Below the pieces are notes generated by a model, which was not told the DNA's origin, ran no database searches, and saw only the letters and a program-made list of their open reading frames with translations. Of a stretch of 64,000 nucleotides of DNA, positions 44,568 to 53,581 are shown in pieces. A program made the translations under genes and the position numbers. Within the stretch, counting starts at the first letter, position 1, and each line of letters starts with the position of its first letter. The DNA comes from an uncultured Actinomycetes bacterium (GTDB lineage Bacteria; Actinomycetota; Acidimicrobiia; IMCC26256; DASPTH01): contig CAVVPD010000009.1 in the NCBI GenBank assembly GCA_963750045.1, forward strand, positions 72,089-136,088, given 5' to 3'.

Positions 44568-46151
44568 ATGGCTGCCGAGGAACCCGTCCTTCCCCCCGTC
44601 CACCCCATCGAGGAGCGTCTCGAGCAGCTCGCCACGTTCCGGGAGCAGGCGTTGCACGCGGGGAGCGAGGCCGCGGTCGAGCGTCAGCACAAGCGCGGGA
44701 AGCTGACCGCCCGGGAACGGATCGGTCTGCTGCTCGACCCGGACTCCTTCGTCGAGCTCGACATGCTGGCGCGCCACCGCGCCCACGGCTTCGGCATCGA
44801 GGCCAACCGTCCCCTCACCGACGGCGTCGTCACCGGATGGGGCACGGTCGACGGTCGCAAGGTGTTCGTCTTCAGCCAGGACTTCACCGTGTTCGGTGGC
44901 GCGCTCGGTGAGGTGTTCGCCGAGAAGATCCACAAGGTGATGGACCTCGCCGAGTCGGTCGGGGCACCCATGGTCGGGCTCAACGACGGGGCCGGGGCCC
45001 GCATCCAGGAAGGCGTGGTCTCGCTCGACGCGTACGGCGGGATCTTCTCGCGCAACGTGAAGGCGTCGGGCGTCATCCCGCAGATCAGCGTGATCCTCGG
45101 GCCGTGCGCGGGCGGTGCCGTCTACTCGCCGGCGCTCACCGACTTCGTCGTGATGGTGAAGGGCACCTCGCACATGTTCATCACCGGGCCCGACGTTGTG
45201 AAGACGGTCACGGGAGAGGACGTCACCCAGGAGGAGCTCGGAGGTGCGCTGACGCACGCGGCGAAGTCCGGGGTGGCGCAGCTGGTCTACGACGACGAGG
45301 CCACCGCGCTCACACAGGTGCGGTACCTGCTCTCGTTCCTGCCCGCGAACAACCTCGAGGACCCCCCGTACTTCGAGTCCACCGACCCGGCCGACCGCTC
45401 GTGCGACGGCATCGTCGAGCTCATCCCGGACGCGCCCAACAAGCCGTACGACATGAAGAGGGTCATCGCCGAGGTCGTGGACGACGGAGAATTCTTCGAG
45501 GTGAACGCGCTCTGGGCGATGAACATCGTCTGTGGCTTCGCGCGGGTCGACGGTCACGTCGTCGGGATCGTTGGCAACCAGCCGGCGAACCTCGCGGGCA
45601 CGCTGGACATCGACGCGTCCGAGAAGGCGGCGAGGTTCGTGCGCACGTGCGACGCGTTCAACGTCCCGCTCGTCACCTTCGTCGACGTGCCGGGATTCCT
45701 CCCGGGGACCGACCAGGAGTACGGCGGTATCATCCGTCATGGCGCCAAGCTGCTCTACGCGTACTGCGAAGCGACCGTTCCCCGGGTGCAGATCATCACC
45801 CGGAAGGCGTACGGCGGCGCCTACGTGGTCATGAATTCGAAGTCGATCGGCGCCGACCTCGCCTTCGCGTGGCCATCGGCCGAGGTCGCGGTCATGGGTG
45901 CTCCGGGCGCGGTCAACCTCATCTCCCGGAAGGAGATCGAAGCCGCGGACGATCCCGAGGCCAGGCGGGCCGAGCTCATCGAGGAGTACACCGAACGCTT
46001 CGCCAACCCGTACATCGCGGCCGAGCGGGGTTACGTCGACGACGTCATCGATCCACGCGAGACCCGCAAGGTGCTCGCCCGCTCGTTGGCGATGCTGCGC
46101 ACCAAGCGTGAGCAGCTGCCGTCGCGCAAGCACGGGAACGTCCCGCTCTAG
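44568..46151 (+). CDS. pccB: Acyl-CoA (propionyl-CoA) carboxylase carboxyltransferase beta subunit
   Basis: ATG 44568 is in frame with ORF 42753..46151. Contains [52 protein letters not shown] and [26 protein letters not shown]. Confidence 0.9.
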   Translation: MAAEEPVLPPVHPIEERLEQLATFREQALHAGSEAAVERQHKRGKLTARERIGLLLDPDSFVELDMLARHRAHGFGIEANRPLTDGVVTGWGTVDGRKVFVFSQDFTVFGGALGEVFAEKIHKVMDLAESVGAPMVGLNDGAGARIQEGVVSLDAYGGIFSRNVKASGVIPQISVILGPCAGGAVYSPALTDFVVMVKGTSHMFITGPDVVKTVTGEDVTQEELGGALTHAAKSGVAQLVYDDEATALTQVRYLLSFLPANNLEDPPYFESTDPADRSCDGIVELIPDAPNKPYDMKRVIAEVVDDGEFFEVNALWAMNIVCGFARVDGHVVGIVGNQPANLAGTLDIDASEKAARFVRTCDAFNVPLVTFVDVPGFLPGTDQEYGGIIRHGAKLLYAYCEATVPRVQIITRKAYGGAYVVMNSKSIGADLAFAWPSAEVAVMGAPGAVNLISRKEIEAADDPEARRAELIEEYTERFANPYIAAERGYVDDVIDPRETRKVLARSLAMLRTKREQLPSRKHGNVPL

Positions 46152-46375
46152 TGACTCCGCACCTCCGTTCGATCTCGCCCGGCGCGACCCCCGAGGAGAT
46201 CGCCGCGATCCTTGCCGCGCTGGCGTCGCTCGAACCTGCGGTTCCGACCGGCGACGGCGTCGACGACACGCTGCACGAGTGGGTGCGCACGTCGCGTCTG
46301 CGGTCGCACCGGTCGGGCCTGCAACGAGGCCCGTGGCGGCTCTCGGGTCGCGTCGGGCGCCGCAACCGCGCCTGA
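46151..46375 (+). CDS. Acyl-CoA carboxylase epsilon subunit
   Basis: 74 aa, immediately after pccB, with its start overlapping the pccB stop. Contains ATPEEIAAILAALASL and WRLSGR, characteristic of actinobacterial AccE-type peptides. Confidence 0.72.
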   Translation: MTPHLRSISPGATPEEIAAILAALASLEPAVPTGDGVDDTLHEWVRTSRLRSHRSGLQRGPWRLSGRVGRRNRA

Positions 46376-46377
46376 CC

Positions 46378-47475
46378 ATGACCGTCACCCACGCGGAGTT
46401 GATGAGTGTGGGTCCGGACGAAGTGGTCGTCACGTTCACGACTCCTGCGGACGAGGTGGTGGCCACCCGTGTCGGTGCGCGGGAGATCACCACCCGGGGC
46501 CCGTTCCACCATGCGCAGGTCACCGGACTCGAGCCCGACACCGAGCACGAGCTCGTGGTCGAGGGCGCGCCACCCGGCGCGTGGCTTCCCGCGACGGTGC
46601 GCACGTTGGCCCGCCCTCCCGGCCGGTTGCTCGCCGTCGTCGCCACGGCCAACGACGTGCACTTTGGAGAGACCGAATGTGGCAAGACCGGTGACGCAGC
46701 CGCCGACTCGATCGGGCCGGTCCTGAGGGCGTCCGCAGGGGCGACGCCCTATCCGCTCCTCATGAACCGCGCGATCGTCGACGAGATGCTCGCCCTGGAT
46801 CCCGACGCCGTCGTGGTCAAGGGTGACCTCACCGACTCCGGACGGGCGGAGGAGTACGAGGCGTTCCTCGCCTGCTACGGAAGGCTGGGCGAGCGAATGC
46901 ACCACGTGCGCGGCAACCACGACGCGAAGCGCGATCCGCAGCTCGCCCGTCAGGACTCGCCGTACGCGGTGATCCTCGACGGCGTCACGCTCGCGGTGCT
47001 CGACACGACGGTCCCGGGCCGGATCGGGGGCGCGCTCTCGGGGGCCCAGCTCGGATGGCTCGACGAGCTCGCGGCGGCGACCAGCGGACCCGTGCTGGTG
47101 TTCGCCCATCACCCGGCGTGGAACCCGGATCTCGACTACGCGCTCGTGCCGGGCGACCACGACGCGCTCCGCGCCGTCGTCGCACGGCGCGACAACGTGG
47201 TCGGCTATCTCGCCGGCCACACCCACACCAACCGGGTGCTCCGGGACGACGCCACGCGTGGTGTGCCGTTCGTCGAGGTCGCGTGCGCCAAGGACTATCC
47301 CGGCGCCTGGGCCGAGTACCGGGTGTACGAGGGTGGTTACACCCAGGTGATGCGCCGGGTGGCGGCGCCCGCGGCCCGGGCCTGGTCCGAGCGTGGTCGC
47401 ACGATGATCCAGGGCTGGTACCGCGACCTCGTGCTCGGCACGGTCGCCGACCGCTGCTTCTCCCAGCATTTCTGA
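46378..47475 (+). CDS. Metallophosphoesterase (calcineurin-like) with an N-terminal PAP/FN3-like domain
   Basis: ATG 46378 is in frame with ORF 45898..47475. Contains ATANDVHFGE, VVKGDLTDSG, VRGNHD, FAHHP and GHTHTN metallophosphatase motifs. Confidence 0.82.
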   Translation: MTVTHAELMSVGPDEVVVTFTTPADEVVATRVGAREITTRGPFHHAQVTGLEPDTEHELVVEGAPPGAWLPATVRTLARPPGRLLAVVATANDVHFGETECGKTGDAAADSIGPVLRASAGATPYPLLMNRAIVDEMLALDPDAVVVKGDLTDSGRAEEYEAFLACYGRLGERMHHVRGNHDAKRDPQLARQDSPYAVILDGVTLAVLDTTVPGRIGGALSGAQLGWLDELAAATSGPVLVFAHHPAWNPDLDYALVPGDHDALRAVVARRDNVVGYLAGHTHTNRVLRDDATRGVPFVEVACAKDYPGAWAEYRVYEGGYTQVMRRVAAPAARAWSERGRTMIQGWYRDLVLGTVADRCFSQHF

Positions 47476-47526
47476 TCCGCCGAGACACGAACCACATCCC
47501 GTCGTCTCATTTGTTCCTAGGGGACG

Positions 47527-47964
47527 ATGACGCGACGCAGGGGAGTTGACGTGGCGAGACCTCGGCGAGGCTTCATCTTCGCGGTCGACGCGCGGGTGCT
47601 TGCCGAAGGCGCCAGGGTGGAGGGGGGCGGTGAGCCGGCGTTCTACGGACTCCAGATCGCGGCACGCCTCCGGGTCGAGAAGATCGTGGTCTACCGGTCG
47701 TTGCGACGCCTGACCGAGCTCGGTCTCGTCGACCGATGGTGGGAGCCGCAGGAGATCGCCACCGCATCGGGGCGGCCCAGGCGTCGGCTCTACTCCCTCA
47801 ACCAGCACGGACGCGACGCGCTGCCCTACGCGCTGAAAGGCGCTCGCGCCCTCGAGCGGCAATGGCCGCCCGACTCGAACAGCATCAGCCCAGGGGGTCG
47901 TCGAGGTGGGCCGCAGCATCGGCGTCGGTCTGGAAGTAGCCGTCCTCGCCGACGAGCTCGGTGA
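47527..47964 (+). CDS. Winged-helix transcriptional regulator, PadR-like. The 3' end is doubtful.
   Basis: Contains FYGLQIAARL...VYRSLRRLTELGLVDRWWE...GRPRRRLYSLNQHGRDAL, which fits a PadR-type wHTH. The last ~27 codons are Arg-rich, lose GC3 bias and overlap the convergent SulP gene by 80 nt. Confidence 0.5.
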   Translation: MTRRRGVDVARPRRGFIFAVDARVLAEGARVEGGGEPAFYGLQIAARLRVEKIVVYRSLRRLTELGLVDRWWEPQEIATASGRPRRRLYSLNQHGRDALPYALKGARALERQWPPDSNSISPGGRRGGPQHRRRSGSSRPRRRAR

Positions 47965-49534
47965 GCCCGGACGCATCCATGACGTCGCGCACGTCTTCGT
48001 GGACGTTCACGAACAGCAGCCGGATCCCCCGTCGCCGGTACTCGGTGGCGATCATTCGGAGCATGTGGTCGCCGGTGGCGTCGAGGTGGTTGATCCCGGC
48101 GGCGTCGATCACCACGGTGTGCAGGCCCGACCGCGTGTCGGCGAGCTGCTCGAGCTCGTGCTGCACTGCCTCGGCGTTGGTGAAGTAGACGGGAGACTCC
48201 ACCCGGAGGATGGCCGAGCCCTCGAACGTCTCGGCCCCGGGGTGACGTTCGAGCTCGACGAAGGCGTCGGTGCCGGGAATGCGACCGAGCTCGGGAGTCC
48301 GTGGTCGGGTCACGCGGTAGATGATGAGCACGATCGAGGCGCCGGCCGCGAACAGCACGCCGAACTCGAGGCCGAAGAGGACGGTCGAGGCGAACGACAC
48401 GACCATGATCCAGAAGTCGCTCCGCTTCACCCGCCAGAGACGCTTCGCTTCTCCAACCTTGATGAAGCCGATGACCGCAGCGATCACGATCGCGGCCAGC
48501 ACCGCGATCGGGATCTTCGAGAACGACTCCGGCACGAAGATGAGCAGCGGCGCGACGACGCACGCGGTGACCACGCCCGAGAACTGGGTGCGCGCGCCGG
48601 CTGCCTCGACGATCGAGGAACGCGTCACCGCGCCGGTCACCACCATGCCCTGGAAGAGGCCCGCCGACGCGTTGCTGAGCCCGAGCGCGACCAGCTCGCC
48701 ATCGGTGGTGATCTCGTAATCGTGTTCGCGCGCGGACTCGCGCGCGAGCGCGATCGACTCGAGGAATCCCACGAACGTGATGGCGAGCGCAGCGGGGATG
48801 AGCACCCGCACGACGTGCCAGTCGAGCGGCGGCACCTCCGGGGCCGCGAGGCCGCCGGGCACCGGTCCGACGACCGCGATGCCCTCGGAGTCGAGGCCGA
48901 ACAGCAGCACGGCGAGCGAGCCGGCGACGACCAGGGCGAGCGCGGTGGGGATCCGAGGGCGGCGGCGGGCGATGAGCAGGATGGTGATGGTCGCGATGCC
49001 GATCGCGAGCGTTCCCCAGTCCACCTGGTCGAGGCGGATCACCCACTCGTAGGCGGTCCGGAAGGCGAGGTCTTCCTGGGGCACGGGGATCCCGAAGAGC
49101 GGACCCAACTGGGTGGTGATCAGGATGACGCCCACCGCGGAGAGGAAGCCGGCCATCAGCGGCTCGGAGAGGAACCGCATCACGAAGCCGAGGCGCCCCA
49201 GCCCGAGCGCGAGGTGGACGGCGCCCACGAGCAGCGCGAGCGTCGCCGAGTACGTGATGTATCGGGGCGATCCTGCCGGCGCGAGCTTGGCCAGCGCGAC
49301 CGCGCCGATGATCGAGATCGTGGCCAGGGGCCCGACGCTGAGTTGGCGGGCGCGACCGAAGGCCGCGTACGCGAGGACGGGGACGACCGATGCGTACAGC
49401 CCGACCACGGGCGGCAGGCCTCCGATGGCCGCGTAGGCCATCGACTGCGGGACGAGGATGGTCGCGCCCGTGAGTCCGGCGACGACGTCGGGGCCGAAAT
49501 CGGCGCGTCGGTACGTTCGGACCCACTCGAGCAT
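47885..49534 (-). CDS. SulP family anion (sulfate/bicarbonate) transporter with a C-terminal STAS domain
   Basis: 549 aa. Contains DVVAGLTGATILVPQSMAYAAIGGLPPVVGLYAS and a C-terminal STAS region (ILRVESPVYFTNAEAV...VVIDAAGINHLDATG). Confidence 0.92.
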   Translation of the reverse strand: MLEWVRTYRRADFGPDVVAGLTGATILVPQSMAYAAIGGLPPVVGLYASVVPVLAYAAFGRARQLSVGPLATISIIGAVALAKLAPAGSPRYITYSATLALLVGAVHLALGLGRLGFVMRFLSEPLMAGFLSAVGVILITTQLGPLFGIPVPQEDLAFRTAYEWVIRLDQVDWGTLAIGIATITILLIARRRPRIPTALALVVAGSLAVLLFGLDSEGIAVVGPVPGGLAAPEVPPLDWHVVRVLIPAALAITFVGFLESIALARESAREHDYEITTDGELVALGLSNASAGLFQGMVVTGAVTRSSIVEAAGARTQFSGVVTACVVAPLLIFVPESFSKIPIAVLAAIVIAAVIGFIKVGEAKRLWRVKRSDFWIMVVSFASTVLFGLEFGVLFAAGASIVLIIYRVTRPRTPELGRIPGTDAFVELERHPGAETFEGSAILRVESPVYFTNAEAVQHELEQLADTRSGLHTVVIDAAGINHLDATGDHMLRMIATEYRRRGIRLLFVNVHEDVRDVMDASGLTELVGEDGYFQTDADAAAHLDDPLG

Positions 49535-49554
49535 CGCGGGCCGATGCTACGAGG

Positions 49555-50796
49555 TCAGGCGTGCTTCGCGGCGAAGCTCACCATCTGGAAGTAGACGGTC
49601 AGCACCTTCAGGGCGTAGCCGGGATCGGTTGCCCAGTTGCCGTTGCCCATGGCGTTCCACGTGGGGGTACGACCCTTGGCGAAGAACGTGTCGTAGAGCC
49701 TGGCGGCGGCGACCGGGTCGTTGCCGTAGATGGTCGGTGACGGGGGGTTGGCGAGGTTGGCAGCCCGGGAGGTGGGATCGGCGTAGTTGCGCAGCAACTG
49801 GATCTGGCCGCGCACGCCGTCACGTGGCGTCGGGAAGGCCGGTTCGCCCTGGCAGCTGTCGCAGGCACCGATGCCCGCGTAGTTGTTGTCGAGCGCGTTG
49901 CCGAACGATCCGGTCTCGATGATCGACTGGGCGAACGCGAGCTCGGGGCGCACGTGCTCGGCTTTCCCTTCCTCCATGTAGAGCTGGATGAGATCACCGA
50001 TCGACATGCCGCCGGCGAGTCGGTACCTGGCGTTGCGCGCCTCGAACCACGCGGTCATGTCCGCCGCGGTCAGCTCGGCGTCGCCCAGCACGGGGATGGC
50101 TCCAGCCTCGGCGAGCAGCTTCTTCTGGTGCGCGGTGACCGTCTCGAGCCCGACCTTGGCCTTCTCGAGTCGGTCCTTCTGCTGTTGCTGCTCCGCGCGC
50201 GCTGCGTCGAGCTCGGCGCGGTGGGCGTCGAGCTCCGCTGAGACCCGCGCGAGCCCGTCGATCTTGCCGCCGTCGGTCTGGGTCGCCGACTCGGCGTACT
50301 TCTTGCCCGCGGCGATGTCCTGCACGTGCTGGATGTCGACGACCGCGTCGTCGGGCGCATGTGCGTGCTGGTAGATGTAGGCGGCCCGCTCGCGCACGAT
50401 CGTCTTGAGGCGTTCCATCTCGGCCCGTGCCGCGTCCAGCTTCTTCTGGGTGTCGGCGATGTCGGCGGCGAGCTGGGTCAGTCGCTGCTCGGCCTGTGCC
50501 ACCTGGCTGCTGAGCTCGGCGAGCAGGGCCTCGTTCTGGCTCACCTGGTTCGCGAGGGCGGCGAAGGCATCGGGATCCGGCTTGGGGACGCCCGCGGTCG
50601 TGCTCGGGCCGGTGCTCGGACCGGTGCTCGGGCCGGTCGACGGGCTGTTCGACGGGCTGTTCGACGGAGGTGCTGTCGTCGTGGTCGTCGACGTGGTGGT
50701 GGTGGTCGTCGACGTCTCCTGCGCGTACCCGGCGGCAGCCGGGACGAGCGACGCGGTGACCAACGCACCCACGATCACCGCGCGGGCCAGGGGCAT
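49555..50796 (-). CDS. Secreted peptidoglycan hydrolase: signal peptide, Thr/Ser/Pro linker, long coiled coil, then a glucosaminidase (mannosyl-glycoprotein endo-beta-N-acetylglucosaminidase-like) domain
   Basis: Signal peptide MPLARAVIVGALVTASLVPAAAGYA. Linker TTTTTTSTTTTTAPPSNSPSNSPSTGPSTGPSTGPS. About 200 aa are heptad-like and Ala/Glu/Gln-rich. The C-terminus AFAQSIIETGSFGN...NNYAGIGA...WATDPGYA resembles the glucosaminidase domain. Confidence 0.75.
   Translation of the reverse strand: MPLARAVIVGALVTASLVPAAAGYAQETSTTTTTTSTTTTTAPPSNSPSNSPSTGPSTGPSTGPSTTAGVPKPDPDAFAALANQVSQNEALLAELSSQVAQAEQRLTQLAADIADTQKKLDAARAEMERLKTIVRERAAYIYQHAHAPDDAVVDIQHVQDIAAGKKYAESATQTDGGKIDGLARVSAELDAHRAELDAARAEQQQQKDRLEKAKVGLETVTAHQKKLLAEAGAIPVLGDAELTAADMTAWFEARNARYRLAGGMSIGDLIQLYMEEGKAEHVRPELAFAQSIIETGSFGNALDNNYAGIGACDSCQGEPAFPTPRDGVRGQIQLLRNYADPTSRAANLANPPSPTIYGNDPVAAARLYDTFFAKGRTPTWNAMGNGNWATDPGYALKVLTVYFQMVSFAAKHA
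50599..50670. repeat. 12-nt periodic tandem repeat, coding for the (S/T)xxP linker of the hydrolase
   Basis: Six consecutive 12-mers (CGTGCTCGGGCC, GGTGCTCGGACC, GGTGCTCGGGCC, GGTCGACGGGCT, GTTCGACGGGCT, GTTCGACGGAGG) are followed by a GTC/GTG-rich tract that encodes the poly-Thr run on the minus strand. Confidence 0.8.
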
Positions 50797-50840
50797 CTCC
50801 CTCTATCGGCGGGAGGCGCCGCGTTGTTGAGCGCGGGCGC

Positions 50841-50917
50841 GAGTTCGTCCCGAGGAGAGTCGGCGTAGAGAAGCCCGCACGACGGCGGTGCCCCAACGAT
50901 CTCCTGGGGACGAACTC
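50841..50917. other. Long imperfect inverted repeat (18-bp arms, 1 mismatch, 41-nt spacer) in the divergent hydrolase / fadD intergenic region
   Basis: Left arm GAGTTCGTCCCGAGGAGA is at 50841..50858 and right arm TCTCCTGGGGACGAACTC at 50900..50917. A small GCAC/GTGC hairpin lies inside the spacer. The element is 45-120 nt upstream of the hydrolase start on the minus strand. Confidence 0.6.
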
Positions 50918-51000
50918 GGCGTCCAGTATCCCCCATCGCGAGAGAGTTTTCCACTCCCGATCGGCAGTTCTCCACCTCGACTTGTGGATAACGTGAACCC

Positions 51001-52760
51001 GTGGACACGATCCCCGCCCGCTTCTTGCGAACGGTCCAGGAACGGACCGACGATGTCGCCATCCGGCGCAAGGTGGGCGACGACGACGAGGCCGTCACGT
51101 TCGGGGAGTATGCGGCCCGGGCGGCCCGGCTCGCGGCCGGCTTGCGCTCGCTCGGTGTCGGGCGCGGCGACCGGATCGTCATGCTCATCTCCAACCGACC
51201 GGAGTTCCATGTCGCCGACATGGCGGTCCTGCTGCTCGGCGCGACGCCGATCTCGATCTACAACTCCTCGTCGCCCGACCAGATCCGCTACCTCGCCGGC
51301 CACGCGCAGGCGTCGGTCGCGATCGTGGAGGACGGGAACTACCTCGAGCGGGTCCTCGAGATCCGCCACGAGCTGCCCGAGCTGCGCCACGTCGTCGCGG
51401 TCGAGCCGGTGACGGCGAGCGGCGTCGAGTCCTGGGTCGAGCTCCTCGGCAGCGCGCCGCTCGACCTCGAGACCGCGGCGGGCACGGCGCAGCCCCACGA
51501 CCTCGCGACCGTCATCTACACGTCAGGCACGACCGGTCCGCCGAAGGGCGTGATGCTGGAACACCACAACATCTGTTGGACGGTCGACAGCCTGCGCGAA
51601 GCGCTCGGCTTCGCCCCCGACCGGTCACGCATCGTCTCGTACCTGCCGATGGCCCACATCGCCGAACGGGTCACCACCCACTATTCGGGGATCGCGTTCG
51701 CGTACGAGGTCACGACCTGTGCCGACATCAGGCTCCTGGGAGCGACGCTTGCGGAGACGCGCCCCAGATCCTGTTCGGCGTCCCGCGCACCTATGAGAAG
51801 ATCCACAGCGCGGTGCAGGCGGTGCTCGCGGCCGATCCGGGAAGGGCTGAGGTGTTCGCGCACGCGCTGTCGATCGGGGCCCGGGTCGCCGAGCACCGGG
51901 CGCGGGGCGTCGAGCTGTCGATCGCGCTGGCGGCCGAGTACGAGCGGGTCGACACGGAGTCGTTGCGCCCGGCCCGCCAACTCCTCGGTCTCGACGACGT
52001 GCGCATCGCGGTCACCGCGGCGGCGCCCATCCCCGTCGAGGTGCTCCAGTTCTTCCGGTCGGCCGGCGTGCCGCTGTCGGAGCTGTACGGGCTCTCGGAG
52101 TCGTGCGGGCCCATGACATGGGAGGCGGTCCGCGTGAAGCCGGGGACGGTCGGGCGCGCGATCCCGGGGATGGAGCTGCGGCTGGGCGACGACGGCGAGG
52201 TCATGGGCCGGGGTGGCAACATCTTCCGCGGGTACCTCGACGACGCGGCGCGCACGGCCGAGGCGCTCGACGCCGACGGGTGGCTGCACACCGGCGATAT
52301 CGGGGAGCTCGACGACGAGGGCTACCTGCGCATCGTGGACCGCAAGAAGGAGCTCATCATCACCGCCGGCGGCAAGAACGTCTCGCCGGCCAACCTCGAG
52401 GCTGCGCTCAAGGCCCAACCACTGATCGGCCAGGCCTGCGTGCTCGGCGACGGCGAGCCGTACATCGCCGCGCTCCTCGTCCTCGATCCCGACATCGCCG
52501 CGGCCTGGGCGGCCAACCACGGGATCGATGCGTCGTCGCCGGTCGAGCTCGCCGCCGATCCCGCGATCCTGGACGAGGTCGCGCGCGAGGTCGACGCCGC
52601 CAACGAGCGCTTCTCGCACGCCGAGTCGGTGCAGGCGTTCCGCGTCCTCGGTGAGGAGTGGTTGCCCGACTCCGAGGAGCTGACGCCCACGATGAAGCTC
52701 AAGCGCCGGGGCATCACCGCCAAGTACGGACGAGAGATCGCCGAGCTCTACCCGGGCTGA
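51001..52760 (+). pseudogene. fadD: Long-chain fatty-acid-CoA ligase (AMP-forming), with one -1 frame break as assembled
   Basis: The N-terminal part, with IYTSGTTGPPKGVMLEH and YLPMAHIAER, is in ORF 51001..52116 up to ...LAETRP. The frame of ORF 51576..52760 continues QILFGVPRTYEKI...YGLSES...TGDIGELDDEGYLRIVDRKKELIITAGGKNVSP...PTMKLKRR. The break is at CGCCCCAG (51760-51767), where a fifth C would restore ETRPQILFGVPR. Length is 3n+2. Confidence 0.82.
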
Positions 52761-53581
52761 TCGCCGCTGGCGACGGCCACGTGATCGCGGTCGTGGCCGA
52801 GGGCTCGAGCCGCTTCGAGCGCGCGGCCCGCCTGTGACACGAGCTCGGCGGCATCGAGGGCGTGCGTGGGGTAGCACGCGATCCCGGCCGAGACGGTGAG
52901 CGAATCGCCGACCGGGCTGTGCCGCAGCGCCCCGCGCACCCGGTCGGCCACGATGATCGCGCCGGGCTCGGCCGTGTCGACCAGCAACGCGACGGCGACC
53001 ACGTCGCCCACCCGGAACACCGCGTCGCTCTCTCGCAGGGTGCGCCAGGCCACCGCCCCGAGCGCGGTGAGCGCCTGGTTGCAGCTCTCGTGCGCTGCGC
53101 CGCTCAGACCGTCGAGCTCCCAGAACACCACCGACACCGGCAGCACCTTGCGGCGGGCGGCGGCGACCACCTGTTGGAGCAGCACGGCCAGATGCCGCTC
53201 GCGCAGCAGGCCCGACGCCGGGTCGATCTCCCATGCGTCGGTGTCGGTCCCCGCCGGCAACCCGTCGTACGCCGGGTCCCCACCGTCTCCGGTCGCGACC
53301 AGCTGTTCCTCGGCGATCGCGGCCTCGAGCGAGTCGAGCTGGCGCCGCAGGCGTCGGGCCTGGGCACGCGCCTCCCAGAGCGAATCCTCCGCGCGGGTGC
53401 GACGCTGGTCGATCACCGCGCCGACCCCGGCGGCGGCAACGCCCACGACCGCCGTGGCCAGCCCGAGCGCCGCCTCGTCGGCGACCACCGCGGTCACGCC
53501 GATCACGACCGCGACGACGGCGAGCACCGCACACGCGGCGAGGCCGCGGCGGTCCCGGTCTGCGGTCTCGGGCGCTCGCAT
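52748..53581 (-). CDS. Membrane-anchored protein with a coiled coil and a degenerate GGDEF domain
   Basis: ATG 53581 shares its A with the upstream TGA. The protein has TM segments (LAACAVLAVVAVVIGVTAVVA...), then a coiled coil, then a GGDEF-fold region (VSVVFWELDGLSG...RESDAVFRVGDVVAVALL...LTVSAGIA) in which the GG(D/E)EF signature reads VGDVV. Confidence 0.72.
   Translation of the reverse strand: MRAPETADRDRRGLAACAVLAVVAVVIGVTAVVADEAALGLATAVVGVAAAGVGAVIDQRRTRAEDSLWEARAQARRLRRQLDSLEAAIAEEQLVATGDGGDPAYDGLPAGTDTDAWEIDPASGLLRERHLAVLLQQVVAAARRKVLPVSVVFWELDGLSGAAHESCNQALTALGAVAWRTLRESDAVFRVGDVVAVALLVDTAEPGAIIVADRVRGALRHSPVGDSLTVSAGIACYPTHALDAAELVSQAGRALEAARALGHDRDHVAVASGDQPG

Noticed and set aside
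41593-46685. 972-aa and 791-aa minus-strand ORFs, and the N-terminal 600 aa of the 1132-aa plus-strand ORF, over the thiolase/ccr/pccB block
   Set aside because: All are alternative frames of clearly identified genes on either strand. The real pccB starts at ATG 44568, and the rest is low-complexity.
50983-50991. TGTGGATAA, a perfect match to the E. coli-type DnaA box (TTATCCACA), upstream of fadD
   Set aside because: It is a single isolated box with no cluster, no AT-rich unwinding element and no dnaA/dnaN nearby. Chance occurrence or an ordinary promoter element is more likely than an origin.
50797-51000. A ydaO (c-di-AMP) riboswitch upstream of the cell-wall hydrolase
   Set aside because: I could not find the conserved ydaO core sequences (the ACGGGG...GAAUC and CCGAAUCC...AGCUAACC type blocks) on the minus strand. 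Only a generic long hairpin is present.
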